Source: the human T2T-CHM13v2.0 reference genome, Homo sapiens. Taken from it: DNA of 64,000 nt. Both the position numbers and the translations under genes were made by a program. The stretch lies in assembly GCF_009914755.1 (NCBI RefSeq), contig NC_060926.1; one strand, given 5' to 3'. Of this stretch, positions 26,130-38,900 are shown one piece after another (the first letter of the stretch is position 1; every line of letters starts with the position of its first letter). Below the pieces are notes generated by a model. That model saw only the letters and a program-made list of their open reading frames with translations, was not told where the DNA came from and ran no database searches.

Positions 26130-27330
26130 AAATGACTTAGAGTGGGCACAGTTAATAACTAGGAAGGAAGAGACACGTACTTCAGTGACAGTTTCCCCAG
26201 ATTGCGAGAGGATGTGTCCAGTGAGAGTGGGAGTCACTGGTTCTGGATGGACCCACGGACGGTTCATCTCTAGTCGAAGTCAGCCGCAGGCAGGAAGGCA
26301 GAGGGCAGGGTGCAGAGGCTGGCGGGGGAAGGGCGGTGGAAAGGCCTGGCAGGTTCCCTATTTTAATCTTCTCAGTGACGCAGGAAGCAAGGTCATCAGC
26401 GGAGATGAGCATCGTGGAGGAGACAATGGTGTGCAGAGGTAGGAGACGCGAGAGGGGGGTGCACTAGATGGAGGAAGCTGCAGGTGTCATAAAGGTCCCC
26501 TCAGGCTCATGGCCATGAATTCAAAGGGAGTCAGTGAGTGTGTTTTTCTTCTGACACAATCAGCTGAACAGATGCAGGCAAAGCGTTGATAGAAAATTGG
26601 GTTTGCCCAGGGTTATGGCTCTGCCAAGACAGTTGTAGGAAGCGACAGAACCACGAGGAAACTGAGCAGGTGTGAGAGGGATGAGAACCCCTGACGAGGG
26701 AAGGGATCAGATCAGAGCAGAGAAGACAGAGGGAAGTGTAGGCTGTAGCTCAGTTTGGAGCTGTGGTAAAGACAAGTGATCCTGGAGTCAAATGCCGGAG
26801 GGAGGGAGGGAGGGATTGATTCAGCTAGAAGGACAGGAGGCGGCAATCTGAGAGCTGGGACTCACCACACTAAGTCTACAGAGGAATGAAAATAGTCAGT
26901 AGCCAACACAGGATGGAGGACACAGCCATTGGAGGAGGTATGTTCAAAGATTTCAGGAACCTCCAGAAACAAGGAGCAGCCACAGCTGGGGACCCAGTGT
27001 CACACCTGGGGACAGAAGAGGCCACACTAGGGAATTTAGGAAGGCCTGAAACACGTGCTGGATGCGGCAATGAGAAACAGAGTCATCTGTTCCGCTCCCA
27101 AGCCCAGGCCTGGTGGTGAGGAGGCGCCGAGGACTTCAGGCAAAGAGACACACAGGAAAACCCACCGCCCACAGGGAAAGCTGCAGATACAGCAAGGTCT
27201 GGGGGGAGAACCAGATTTCTGCTAGCGGGGGGAAGGTGAAGGGAACATTCAGGGAGAAGCAGAGGAAGTAGGACTGCGAATTTCAAAGTTGGACTGGTAG
27301 ATGTCAAAGCCATGTAGATAGAACGGGACG
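26130..27330 (-). mobile_element. L2 (ORF2 region), probable continuation of the L2 split by the ERV
   Basis: AATCTTCTCAGTGACGCAGGAAGCAAGGTCATCAGCGGAGATGAG is a classic antisense L2 ORF2 block; the continuation is purine-rich. Ends are approximate. Confidence 0.65.
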
Positions 27331-29446
27331 GACAAGGAGGGAGGTCCGGCAGGGTGTTCTGGGGATAACGGGCAGAGAGTGGCGGGAGGCTCCAAAGGTC
27401 AGGGCTGGGAGGAGGCACGGGCGGCCTCCAGGAGGTGCTGTTTGCTCCCAAGTCCCCTGACAACAAGCCCCCATGGTGCTTGGTGAGATTGAGAACATCT
27501 GGGGAAGTCAGGGGTTCCTTCCTGGGTGTGTGTGTGGTGGTGACGGGGTGGAGTAATGGAAGTTTGAGAATGTGAAACCAACCCCCTGCTTGAGGCCCTT
27601 TCTGAGCTTGCTAGAGTCAGCTTTCCTGGGTGCTTCAATCTTCTCTTCACCCGGCCACGTCCTCCTCTAAGGTTCCACAGTTCCCCTGAAGGAAGCCCTC
27701 TGTTCCCTCCCGAGTGTGCGGTCAGGTGCCCATCATGGTGACCCTTAGACCCAGGAATATTCCCCTCCTCAGTGCCCAAGGGTAGTTGCCTCTCCACGTT
27801 CCATTCATCTTAGTGTTCCAGGAACCCAGCATCATCCTGATGCCTAGTAGAGGGTCAGAAACATGACACAAGGATAACCACACAACCTGACAGCTTGCAA
27901 GGACCTCAGTTACAACCAGCCCAGCCCCTTTCTTGGATAACGGAGGAGAACTGAGCCAAAAAGGGGCAGAGGCACTTAGCTGCACTAACGGCCCAGAGCC
28001 GGGGCTCCCGACCACAGAGTCGTGGCTTTGGCCTCAGCCTCACAGCTAGACAGCTCTGATTTATGGTCCCTTGGTTTTCCATGCTGACTTCCCACTTACC
28101 ACTGTGCAGGCTGCTTGAAAGAAAATCCCACCTGCTGGTTCCCTGGGAGACTGGGGACCACTTCAGACTCAAACATTTCTTTGGCTCAAGAGTTTGTTGC
28201 CTTCTAAGCCCCCCGACTTCATCATCTGTTTTCTTCTTTGTCACATAGGATCCATGCCACCAGCCCTGCAGACCCTCTAGCAAGAGGGGCGAGAATTGTC
28301 AGAGACCAGGCCTGGCTCATTTATTTGTATACGTACCGTGCAAACATTTTTGAACTGTCTTCTATTCTCCATCTGCTTTATCTATGTTTACTCCATATGC
28401 TTCTTGGCAGCAAGCTAGCTGCCTTCTTGTTCATTTTTAACTTACAAGAGGTCCTCTTCCTCCCTCTCCCTGGGTTGCCTCTGTGGATGCTATTATCTTT
28501 TCAACAATCAATGTTTGGCAATAGCCCAGGTACAGAACGGCTAGGTCTAGAGACCATTCCTCAATTGAGAGCCCAGAATACTATTTTAAATAAATGTGCA
28601 GATTTAGAAAAAGGACAAATATCAAGTAAATCTTGTCTATGATGCCCCATCAAGTAATATTCCTGAAGATTAGCTGCTAGAACCTATGAATCTCAGGACC
28701 TATAAATAACCTGCTTTTGACAAGCAACATATATACATTTTCTTTAAGAGCTAAATGTCAGGAAATTCATTCCTGGAGATCTACACGAAGACACGCATGT
28801 CGACATGCTGCTACCTCTGTAATAAATGTGGAGATGTAAAATACAGATCATATCGCCGAATTTTTCACGTCCTCATCAGCCACCTCAAAGAATCAAAGAT
28901 GAGGAAGTCCTCACTGAAATCAAGGATTGCAACTTTCTCTAGAGGCAATTTCCATTCTCATGTTTTTTCTCCCAGACCCAGACTATTAAAATTGGAAGAG
29001 GAATATGGAATGAAAAATCAGGCTCAAACCTTTCACAGATGAATGTACGACAAGAATAGAGGTGGATTGCAGTTTTGCATTGATTATGAACAGCCGTATC
29101 TATAGACATATTGATGAATCCCATGGAGAGAAGCAATCGAGTTCTGTGAACATGGTTATATGAGTATTTTTAAGCCTACAATGTTATCAAGAGCACATAA
29201 GGTGAATGGCCTAAGAAAATGCAGAGTGTGAATCATTTCATTCAACACTAGTTTAATTTGCAAGTCCAGATTTGAATCTAAATCCATAGGGATAAAAATA
29301 AACCTCAACTTAAATTTTGGATAATTTCTAATTCTTTTTATTTTAAAGCTCGAAAATCTCTAACATCTGCCACCAAAAGACTTGACACCCTCCCCCCGTC
29401 TTTTTTAGGGCAGAGGAAATGATAGAGATCTTTAGGCTTTTGAAGT

Positions 29447-29806
29447 TGTCTTGGTCCGTTTTGTGCTGCTGTAACATAATATTACAGACTGGGTAATTTA
29501 TAAAGAAAAATAATTGATTGCTTACAGTTCTGGAGGCTGGAAAGTTCAAGGACACGGTGCCAGCATCTAGTGAGGGTCTTGCTGTTGCGTCATCCCAGGG
29601 TGGAAGGCAGAAGGGCAAAAGAGCACTCAGAGAATAAGGGTGGGTAAGAGGGGGCTGACCTCACTTTTTTCAGGACCACACTCCTGCCATGTAGACATTG
29701 ATCCCCTCATGAGGCCTAATCACCTCTTGATAGTCCCACCTCTAATACATCACAAGGGCAATTAAATTTTAACTTGAGTTTTGGAGGGACTGTTCAAACC
29801 ACAGCA
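29447..29806 (-). mobile_element. Solo MST (C/D-like) MaLR LTR
   Basis: TGTCTTGGTCCGTTTTGTGCTGCTGTAAC...AGACTGGGTAATTTATAAAGAA...ACAGTTCTGGAGGCTGGAAAGTTCAAG...TTCAAACCACAGCA. Confidence 0.9.
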
Positions 29807-30004
29807 GCAGGGATCCCTAATGAGTTAATATAAGACACTGTTACTTCCAATACACAGACATGTTTAAGAGTTGCTATTGTGTGGCTTATGTCATAGAACA
29901 GAAGGAAGTTAAATGGATTGGCCGGGTGGCTGGCTGCTTTTTGATTTGTTTGTTCACCTACTTCGCTTTGTTTCCTTCCTATCTTAAGGAATTTCTTGAT
30001 ACAA

Positions 30005-30500
30005 TTATTCATTTATTCATTTAACAAATATTCTTACCTCCTGTTCCTAATGATAATAATAGCAGTTGCTGTGTCTATTGAATTCTTAAATGTACCAGAC
30101 ATTATGTTAGTAATTCTATGTGTGTGCTATCTCCTCATTACATTAGACCTAAAAATGGGTGTTCTATTTCCATTTTGCACATAAGGAAATAGAGGGTAAG
30201 GTGTGGGCAGGTGCTGTCTCTAGGGGTAGAGTGTGGGGCAGACATTCTTTCCCTTTAAATGACTTGTTAGATTTTACATAGGGCCACAAAGATGAATACA
30301 TCTCCCACTGCCTCTGAGAAGCTTATACAGATGAAAATATGTAAAACAAGGTTAAAAGTGACAAAAGACATAAGAAAGTCTGATAGAAAGGTGAAGAAAA
30401 TTCAGAGAAGAAAGGATCATTCTCTACTGGGGGGATTAGGGAAGGTTGTCTAGAAAGGGGATTCGGAGAAGAGGGAAAGGGGCGAGGAGCAGAGGCTGGA
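30005..30500 (-). mobile_element. L2 3' end interrupted by a MIR (~30050-30240)
   Basis: TCATTTATTCATTTAACAAATATT (L2 tail); TGTACCAGACATTATGTTAG...TTTCCATTTTGCACATAAGGAAATAGAGG (MIR); AAAGATGAATACATCTCCCACTGCCTCTGAGAAGCTTATA (L2). Confidence 0.65.
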
Positions 30501-31040
30501 AAGCACAGAGAACCCAGGCAGGCTCATTCTGATGAGATCATCGAGACACGAAGATTTGATGTTTTACATTAGCAAAATTATATATTATAACAGAATTGTC
30601 TAATCACACAAGAACACTTATAAAAACTGTGGCAGATGTATGCAGAGAGAGCACAGGAAGTGGTCACGTGAGGAGCCAAAGCCTGCAAAGGAAACAGCCG
30701 CAGCAGCCAGGAGGGACGGGATGCAGAGGAGCAGCTGGGAGGTCTAGGAAAAGGGCAGGTCAAGCTCTCCTATGTCCAGTGCAGAGACGGACCAAGCAAA
30801 ACCAAGGCTGGGTTGTATCTGCTTCCTTTACCATCAAAGAGGACATCGCTGAGCTCAGGGAAACGTGGGATGAAGGAAGAACAGAAGAGGAAGGCAGAGA
30901 GGACGGCAGGGACTCCATCTGAGGGGAGATAGCAGATGAAGAGGAAGAAGATAGATGATTCTTTCAGGAAGGAAGGATGTGAAGAGAAGAAATAAGCAGC
31001 ACTTGGAGCGGGCAAGGGAACCAAGAAATGTTCTTACTTT

Positions 31041-31191
31041 ACTTTTTCTTTTTTTTTTTTTGTATTTTTTTTGGAAGAGACGGGTTTCGTCATGTTGCCC
31101 AGGCTGGTCTTGAACTCCTGAGCTCAGGGTATCCGCCCGCCTCAGCCTCCCAAAGTGCTGGGATTACAGGCTTGAGCCACCGCATGTGGCC
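31041..31191 (-). mobile_element. Alu left monomer (FLAM_C / AluJ half)
   Basis: Single monomer with T-tail; TSD TGTTCTTACTTT at 31029-31040 and 31193-31204. Confidence 0.92.
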
Positions 31192-31422
31192 CTGTTCTTA
31201 CTTTTTAATGTGCTGTTTAAGTGGGAGAGACATAAGCACATGATGTGCCTGCAGGAAGGGGCCCAGGGTGACTGAGGTGGAGGATGCAGGAGCCAGCGTG
31301 GGCCCTGGAGAAGGCAGGAGCCAGGAGTGAGAAGAGCTGCAAGCAGGGGCCTGGCCGTGGGAAGAGGCCTCCACCTGTCACATGGAAGTCTTGCTAGGGA
31401 GAAGGAAATCATCCTTATAAAC

Positions 31423-31579
31423 ACACACCAGGGCCTGCTGGGGGATGGAGGGCGAGGTGAGGGAACTTCGAGGACAGGTCAGTGGGTGTAGCAAACCACA
31501 ATGCACACGTTAACCTATGTAACAAACCTGCACGCTCTGCACATGTATCCTGGAACTTAAACTAAAAAATAAAAATAAA
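31423..31579 (+). mobile_element. L1PA (old primate L1) 3' end
   Basis: GGGTGTAGCAAACCAC...ACCTATGTAACAAACCTGCACGCTCTGCACATGTATCCTGGAACTTAAA plus A-tail. Confidence 0.92.
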
Positions 31580-32079
31580 CTATCTTCATGCATCCTTTTT
31601 CACCTGCATTTCTGATGACATAATTAGTACAGATAAATGACCCACAGTTTGATGTATCCGTCTCAGGCCCCCCACCCCCCGCACTCTGCCAACCACTCAA
31701 GCCCACAGGCCCGCCTCCCTCCTCAGCAGGCCTTCGAGAGGCCCCACCTACCTCCCAGCCTTGGAGACAGAGGCAGGATCCTGGGGGAACAAACAGCTCC
31801 TTGATGTCCTGTCACCCCCAGCTGATCAGGAGCTTATGGGAGAGAGAGTCCTCTTCAAAAAATTGTCTTTACATGGTGCATGAAAACATGCTACTGGACA
31901 AATTTTAGTAGAATAAAACTAACAATTAGCAGGAAAAATTGTTTAGATTAAAAGAGGTTATTCAGATTTTTTAGGAGTAAAACTCAAAAGAAGCTTGATA
32001 TTTTAAAATATATTATTGCAACTGAAAACCTAACTATGAGAGTTAGAATTGCATGTCCTGAGGATGGACGTTTGTCAGG

Positions 32080-32665
32080 ATTGGAGCCCAGGCTTTAAGG
32101 GGGTCCTGGCAGTCCCCTCCTGGCACTGTCACCCTGGCAGCCTCTCCTCCCCTGTGAGGGTGGATGGGACCTGCGGCTGGTTTCTACTCAGCAGAATGTG
32201 CCAGTTGCAGGGGTTAGGGACACCATGCCTGTGATCACACTGCACTACCCTGGATGCCGCCTCTCCAGGAGACTCACACTGGAGGTTCTCCTTGCTGGCT
32301 TGATGAAGCAAGAAAGACCTGCCAGCAAGGAACTGCGGATGACCTCTAGGAGCTGAGAATGACCTCGAGGAACTGAGGGTGTCCTCCAAATGATGGACAG
32401 CAAGGACCTGGGGCCAGTGATCCTGCAAACACTAGGAGATGGATTCTGCAACCACCTATGTGAGCATGGAGGTGGATTCTTTCACAGTCGAGCTTCTAGA
32501 GGGGAATGCACCCTGGTCAGCGTCTTAATTGCAGCCTTGTGAGACCAGAACCAAAGCCCCTGCTAACCTGAGCTCTGACTCCTGCCCCACAGGAACTACA
32601 AGATCATAAATACTGTTTATGCCACTGCATTGTGGTCATTTGTTACCAGCCGTGGATGACTGACA
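32080..32665 (+). mobile_element. Solo MLT1 (E/F-like) LTR
   Basis: CTTGCTGGCTTGATGAAGCAAG, GCAAGGAACTGCGG..ACCTCTAGGAGCTGAG, ATTGCAGCCTTGTGAGACC, CTCCTGCCCCACAGGAACT..AAGATCATAAAT. Confidence 0.85.
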
Positions 32666-34436
32666 GGTGACAGGAAACCTCCTGGCAGCTCCTCTCACCT
32701 GCTTCCTCCCTATGTAGGGCCTCTCTTGACATCCCTGGCCACGAACGCAAGCCTCTTCCCAGCCCCACCACACTCACGGGGCTGATGAACTTTAGGCTGC
32801 CTGTGCTGGTTTTGGACAATTTCTCTCATTCTTCCCATTGGTGATTTGATATCCTACTTTCTCTCGGTTTCTCAGTGTGAGGGAGACCCAGACACATCAC
32901 AGGTCTGTCCTTAGTGAACCGGGCACACAACTGGGGCCTGTTTCTTAGACCCCTTGCACACTCCACACTATATGTCTCAGCGTGGTGTCGAGTTTGTAGT
33001 TTGGTTCCTCCTGATAATATTCATGTTCAAATTGAGATGCTTCACCTCTTAGAGTAGCAAGGATACAATGCACTTTGTCAACAAACAGTACGTTTGTTGT
33101 TGAATCAAATGGTCTTCCAGGGGGACGGCTTTTTGAAATCCTTGAAAATAGTGAATGGGAACTCAGTGGTTAACAGAACAAGGTGTCCTGGTCAACACGG
33201 CACAGGAAAAAATTGAGGGACAACCCTGAGTCTCCTCACAGTATAATTTCCCCATTCCCTTTCGAGGCCATATCTTCTGCCTCTCTGTTGCTGGGCACCT
33301 CGTCATTAAATCAGAGACGGGAGAGGCATTCGATCATCGAGATCATTTCTTTGCCAAGGCAGAATTGATCCCCGGAGGATGTTATGTCTTTGCCTGGTCT
33401 AATCTTCCGCATCTCGGGAAACTCCACCGCACCTCCAGGGACACCTTCCCGCGGAGTGAGAGAGCTCGTCGCCTGTTCTTCCTAATCATTCTACCAACTT
33501 TTTCCTCCTCCAATCTGCCCCATTACTTCAAGTCAAACCTCCTGTATCAGGTCTAATGAACCCTCACAGCCTCCCATTAACTAGTGCTGATGGCTCTTAT
33601 GACCCCATTCTGTTGTCAGCCAAATTGTCATTTAATATTATTTATTCCCACAGTTCCTCTTGACAGCCTGGATGTTGTGGCGCTGAACCGTGTGGGTAGT
33701 CAGGTGCTCCTAATCCTCAGACAATGCTTGTTTTCTGAACCCTTTCTGAAGTAGGGATGTGCTTGCCAGCTGCGCTTACGCCCTGCGCGTGACGGTTTGC
33801 AGGGAGCAGGCGTCTAACGGCTCCGCCTGGGCAGGGACCTTCCCCAGAGCTCCTCAATGCTCTGCCCAGAGCAAAGGGCTTACCCGAAACCCTCCCGATC
33901 CATCTCAGCAGGTGCATTTGGAGAACAGAACTCCCCCAGAGCCTGCCTGATGTAAAACTAATGCCTTCGAAGTTTCAGAGCCAGGGATGGGGCTGTGGGG
34001 ACAGTAATGACCAGGACACAGAGGGGCGTTTCCAGGGCTTTCTGTGTCCATCATTCCAGGGCACCAGCCTCAGACAGAGCCCTCTTGACTAGTTCTGTGG
34101 CCGGGGACACAGCGCTCATGAGGGGCCAGTTGTCTTCCTCCCAATCAGGTGCCCTGGGGAGACATCAACTAGGAAGACCCCCAAGGCCCTCGTCTGTGGA
34201 GAAAGCCTGAGTGCCTGATGTGGCTCACAAGCCACTTCAAAGCCACCGCTGTGGCTGCTCGGGTGTGGGATCCGGCTGTCCTGCCCATTCGATGTTCCAG
34301 CCCCACCTGGCCTAGGTACTGCTAGAAAGGTGGGAGGGTCTCATCAGGCCACTGTGCTGGGTGACACCTGGGGGCTGCAGCATGGGGAGGAGCCGTGGAG
34401 TGCAGCAGGCAGCCCTGACCACTGCTTGGTAGGCTT

Positions 34437-34542
34437 GTCCTCACTCCCCCACCCTCCATGCATGGGCTGCTGTCCTCACTCCTCCACCCTCTATGCATGG
34501 GCTGCTTTCCTCACTCCCCCACCCTCTATGCATGGGCTGTTG
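34437..34542. repeat. 35-bp tandem repeat, 3 copies
   Basis: TGTCCTCACTCCCCCACCCTC(C/T)ATGCATGGGCTGC occurs three times. Confidence 0.93.
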
Positions 34543-34982
34543 CTGTCTGGGTGGGATCCTCCAGGGTGCCTCACCCATGGGAGCTTAGTCCGGCACATTC
34601 TCTGGTTCTGTTCTTGCCTTCTGCCTCCCATCTGCTGCCTCCTCTCCTACATCCTCTTCCCTGAGTTCACACCGCCCTCTCTCCTCCCTACTCACACTGT
34701 TCCTGTTTGGCCCCAATCTCCATGAGCTGGCTTCTGGCACGGGGATGACCCCAGACCAGGGAGACGGCCCAGGTCCCTGTCCACAGCCACCTTGCTAAGC
34801 TCAAGTCCCAGGAACCATCAGCTAGGCAAAGCCTGGCCACATAAAGCAAAGAGTGGCTCTTGAAGGCCAGCATCCAGGACTGCAGGCTCCAGGCGGTCTG
34901 CCTGAGTGAGACCACACCCCAAATAGCACCTGAGGGGCATGAGCAGAGAAAGATGGGAATGGCTCACTGGTCAAACCCACAA

Positions 34983-35397
34983 CTCTCACACTATCACCTG
35001 TCACACACATTCGTCACTCACACCCGTGGTTCTCAAAAGCTCACACCATTAATCTCTCACACATCTTCATGTCTCACACCTTCACCTCCCACACCCTAAC
35101 CTCCCACACACATTCACATCTCACACCCTCCTTTCTCACTTCCTCCCCTCACACTCCCTCCCCTCTCACTCCCTCCCCTCTCACACCCTCCCCTCTCACT
35201 CCCTCCCCTCTCACTCTCTCCCTTCTCACTCCCTCCCCTCTCACTCCCTCCCCTCTCACTCCCTCCCCTCTCACTCACTCCCTTCTCACTCCCTCCCCTC
35301 TCACTCCCTTCTGTCTCACTCCCTCCCCTCTCACACCCTCCCCTCTCACTCCCTCTCCTCACTCCCCCCTCACACCCTCCTCTCTCACTCCCTCACA
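34983..35397. repeat. 15-bp pyrimidine-rich minisatellite (CTCACTCCCTCCCCT)n with a degenerate CTCACA lead-in
   Basis: About 18 regular copies at 35120-35397; looser copies from 34983. Confidence 0.95.
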
Positions 35398-35474
35398 AAG
35401 GTAACTAAGGCATTACTGCCTCCCATCTAGAGAGCTCCAACCCCGGCCCAGGTCTGCCACTGTCATGTCCTGAT

Positions 35475-35834
35475 TGATATGGTTTGGCTGTGTCCCCACC
35501 CACATCTCATCTTGAATTGTAGTTCCATAATTCCCATGTGTTGTGGGAGGGGCCTGGTGGGAGATAACTGAATCATGGGAGCGGTTTTCCCCGTCCTGTT
35601 CTCATGGAAGTGGGTAAGTCTCACGGGGTCTGATGGTTTTCTGAGGGCTTTCTCCTCTCACTTGGCTCTCCTTCCCTCATCTGCCACCAAGTAAGACGTG
35701 GCTTTACCTTATGCCATGATGGTGAGGCCTCCCCAGCCATGTGGAACTTTCAGTCTATTAAACCTCTTTTTTTCTTTATAAATTACCCGGCCTCAGGTAG
35801 GTCTTTATCAACAGCATGAAAACAGACCAATACG
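35475..35834 (+). mobile_element. Solo THE1 (B/C-like) LTR
   Basis: TGATATGGTTTGGCTGTGTCCCCACCCA...ATTAAACCTCTT...AAACAGACCAATACG; TSD CTGAT/CTGAG. Confidence 0.95.
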
Positions 35835-37407
35835 CTGAGCTTGAGCGAGGCACGGCACCGATGAGCTCTCCACTCGTGAGAATCAGGGATCGGGCTCTGT
35901 AAGGGTGACCACGCTCTGTAGATAGTCGGGTTTCCCAGAGCTGCCTCAGGGCCTTGAGAGGTTGGGATTAGACCAGAGGGCAGGGCTCTGGAGCCCCAAC
36001 CCTTTTCTGTAAGTGGCCCAATCTTCTCAGTTTTTTATATTGGGCTTCATGGTTTATAATTCATGTCTGAGCACCATGGGACCAGACTTTTCTGAGGTCC
36101 CTCCATGGGTAGCCCTCCAGGACAGCTCCGAGTCAACACGTGGGTTCCTTCTCCTCCTGCAGATCATTCCAGGACACAGATACCTCCCTGTTCCCTGTGG
36201 CCAAGTCTGACTCATTCTTCCCAACTCAGCTCAGGTGTAGACTTCTCCATGAAGCCACCTGACAGCTGCACACTCTTATCCTGGAAACCTCCCACCCTGT
36301 GTCCATGCCCGGGATCCTCCTGCAGAGATGTGTCTGTCACAGAGTGGGCACTCTGCAAACGTTTGTACATGAATTGCCATGACAGCAGCCCAGGATGCTG
36401 CTCTCAGAGATCTTTGAGTTCTTTTCAGTCTCTGACCCAGGAGTATGGAGGCATTACAGCAGTTGCCAAGGGACCCACTTCATACACCTCTGTAAAAGAC
36501 CTTTTCTGTTATAGGTCTCAGCAAATATCTGCCAGACTGAATGGGGAATGGTCCTGTGTTTCACTGGCTCTGACCCCAGCTCCTTTGTTTGCTGGACACA
36601 GATCTGTGGTGCAGAATCCTCAGTGAGCCTCTGGATGAGCCACCCACAGTCTGTCTTTCTGGCTCTGAAGCACCTGCTACCTCATCTCAAAAATACCACT
36701 GGATGGATTAACTGGATTCTGCAGCCCTTCTGATATCTTGTTAGAGAAAACAAGCGAACTAGAAATCCACTGGCTTTAACTTTCCTTCCCAAACACAGGC
36801 CTGTCCACTGGGGAAATCTCTCAGCTGCTGGGTTGGTATTTCTTTTCTAACAAACCAAAACAGTTACCTTCCTCTTCCAGGCACGGTGAAGAGAAAGATG
36901 ACAACTTGGAGTGATTGGCTTATATCTCTCTGATTGTACTCCTTGGACCAGGGCTGCTAAGGGAGATAGACCAACACATTCCCAATCTAGCCGGATGCAC
37001 CAGAAAGGCCATGTGTTCAGACTCAATTCTGCACGCCTCCCCCAGGCGGCTGCTCTGCACAGCCACAGCCTCTCTGGACACCCCCACCTGCCAGGTCCGC
37101 TGTGCTCAACTCTTCCTTCAACCCGGCTCCTCATCTCCAGAGCAGGACCTCTTCACTGCTTCCCACACTTCCTCCCCAGAAGGAGAGAATACACAATAGA
37201 AAACAAAGGAGACATAGAGAGAAAAGCGGAACTCAGCAAAGAGCAGAAAATGTAAGCGAGGGATCCCAGGAAATTGCATCTGAAGCCTGAATCGGCGTCT
37301 CCCTCGTGGACTGTTCACCATTCCCCATCGCTGTCTGGGAAGGTTGTCTCCATGGCAATGGGGACCACCTAGTTAGTTCCCAACTCGGTCTATCCTGGGA
37401 GACCCCG

Positions 37408-37495
37408 AGCAACAGTCTCTCTTCACCGTGGCTCCTGCCGGCTCCCTGACTAGCAACAGTCTCTCTTCACCGTGGCTCCTGCTGGCCCCCTGACT
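37408..37495. repeat. 44-bp tandem duplication
   Basis: AGCAACAGTCTCTCTTCACCGTGGCTCCTGC.GGC.CCCTGACT occurs twice, with 2 mismatches. Confidence 0.95.
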
Positions 37496-38370
37496 ACTGG
37501 TCCTCATAGGCGCTTTCCAGACACCCACACCTTCTCGACAAGCCAGTGCAATCAGCTGCCCGAAGGAAGACACAGAGCTTCCATTTCCAAGTTGCTCCTG
37601 CCTGTACCCCACCACCTTATGCCATTAATAATGGCGGTGCCCCACCCCAGCACACACATCTGACAAGCACAGTTGGCCCGGGGCAAACTCGGCTTCACTG
37701 AGCAAAATGGAAACACAAGACAATTGCAACAGGGTCTTCCACTCGCCTCCCTTGCAAAACGCAAAGTTTCTCTCGTCTACTTTGGGAAGTCTGAGTGTTT
37801 TCTCTTACTCCAGGTTTACTTTCCCACCATTGTCCTGCCTAGCACACCAGGAAAATTTAGCAACAGCAGAAATCCACCTTGGACAAATTTTGTGAAACCT
37901 TCCTGCAAAATCATCATCCCCCTCAAAACCAACCATCCTCCAGACAGTCTTCACCATCAGGCTAGACACATTTCCTGTCTGGAATATCCACTTTTAGGCA
38001 GACTGAGGCTGGAACGAGGCAAGAGAACCGTCCAGCTCACAAAGCACAGGCCGGCAGTGGCTGCAATGAGTGGCCGCCTTCTGGGGCTGCTGCCTCGTCA
38101 CACTGATTTTATTTTTCTGATGCTCTATAATGAAGTGTACCAATTAAAATACGCTGGTGTCATCATGTGTTGCCTCAAAAATAAGTCTCTTTTATCATAC
38201 AAAAGAAAAATAGCATTTATAAAATAAGAGCAACCCTCCCGCTTACTTGCTGCTAAAAAAAGTCAGTGCACTTTTCCGGTGGACAGTTTAACGCGACTCG
38301 CCGTGTGAAACACGCATGGCTTTTGACCCAGCAATTCTTCTTCTGGAAAGGTGTCATTAAGCAGATAACA

Positions 38371-38900
38371 GGGACTTCTGGTTAAACATGGCGGACCTCA
38401 CACAGTGTTCATTCCTTCTCTCTCCTAATCCTCTCTAAAATGAAAACTAAAGGAATAAAATGTTGTAAATACACAAAACCAAAAATAATAGGCAAAATGA
38501 GAAAATACAGTATCAGGTAAAGTTGCCAACGTAGTGTGTGTGGCAAAGATGGTGTGTGGAGCTGAGAAGGCTGAAGCCCAGGCACCTGGAAAACGGGGGC
38601 TGTTAGGAATTAAGCCCTGCTCTCTGAAGAACCCGGAGAGGCTCCCGAACTGGAGCACCAGTAGCTGTGGGAGGTGGGGAGCCTGCGGGCTGAAAAGGAA
38701 GAGTGTGGACAAGGTCTGCATGAGAGGTATAGATGCCTGTCCCACACCCCTCTCCTCCCCACATGGCTCCTTGCCCTGGCTACTGCTGAGGACGTAAGGC
38801 ATCCAGAATGACATGGAAGCTGTTAACAAAAGACCGGTGATATCTGTGGAGGCAACGGGAGAACCTTATTTTCTAAAAGCAAATAGATTTTGCTTTTAGA
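38371..38900 (+). mobile_element. 5' end of an ancient L1M/HAL1-type LINE, with YY1 motif
   Basis: Starts GGGACTTCTGGTTAAACATGGCGGAC (the ACTTCCGG..AANATGGCG start typical of old L1 5' UTRs), then CTCTCCTAATCCTCTCTAAAATGA. The 3' limit is uncertain. Confidence 0.6.

Noticed and set aside
35069-35404. (LTPSP)n extensin/mucin-like ORF
   Set aside because: Produced by the 15-bp repeat; no signal peptide or gene context.
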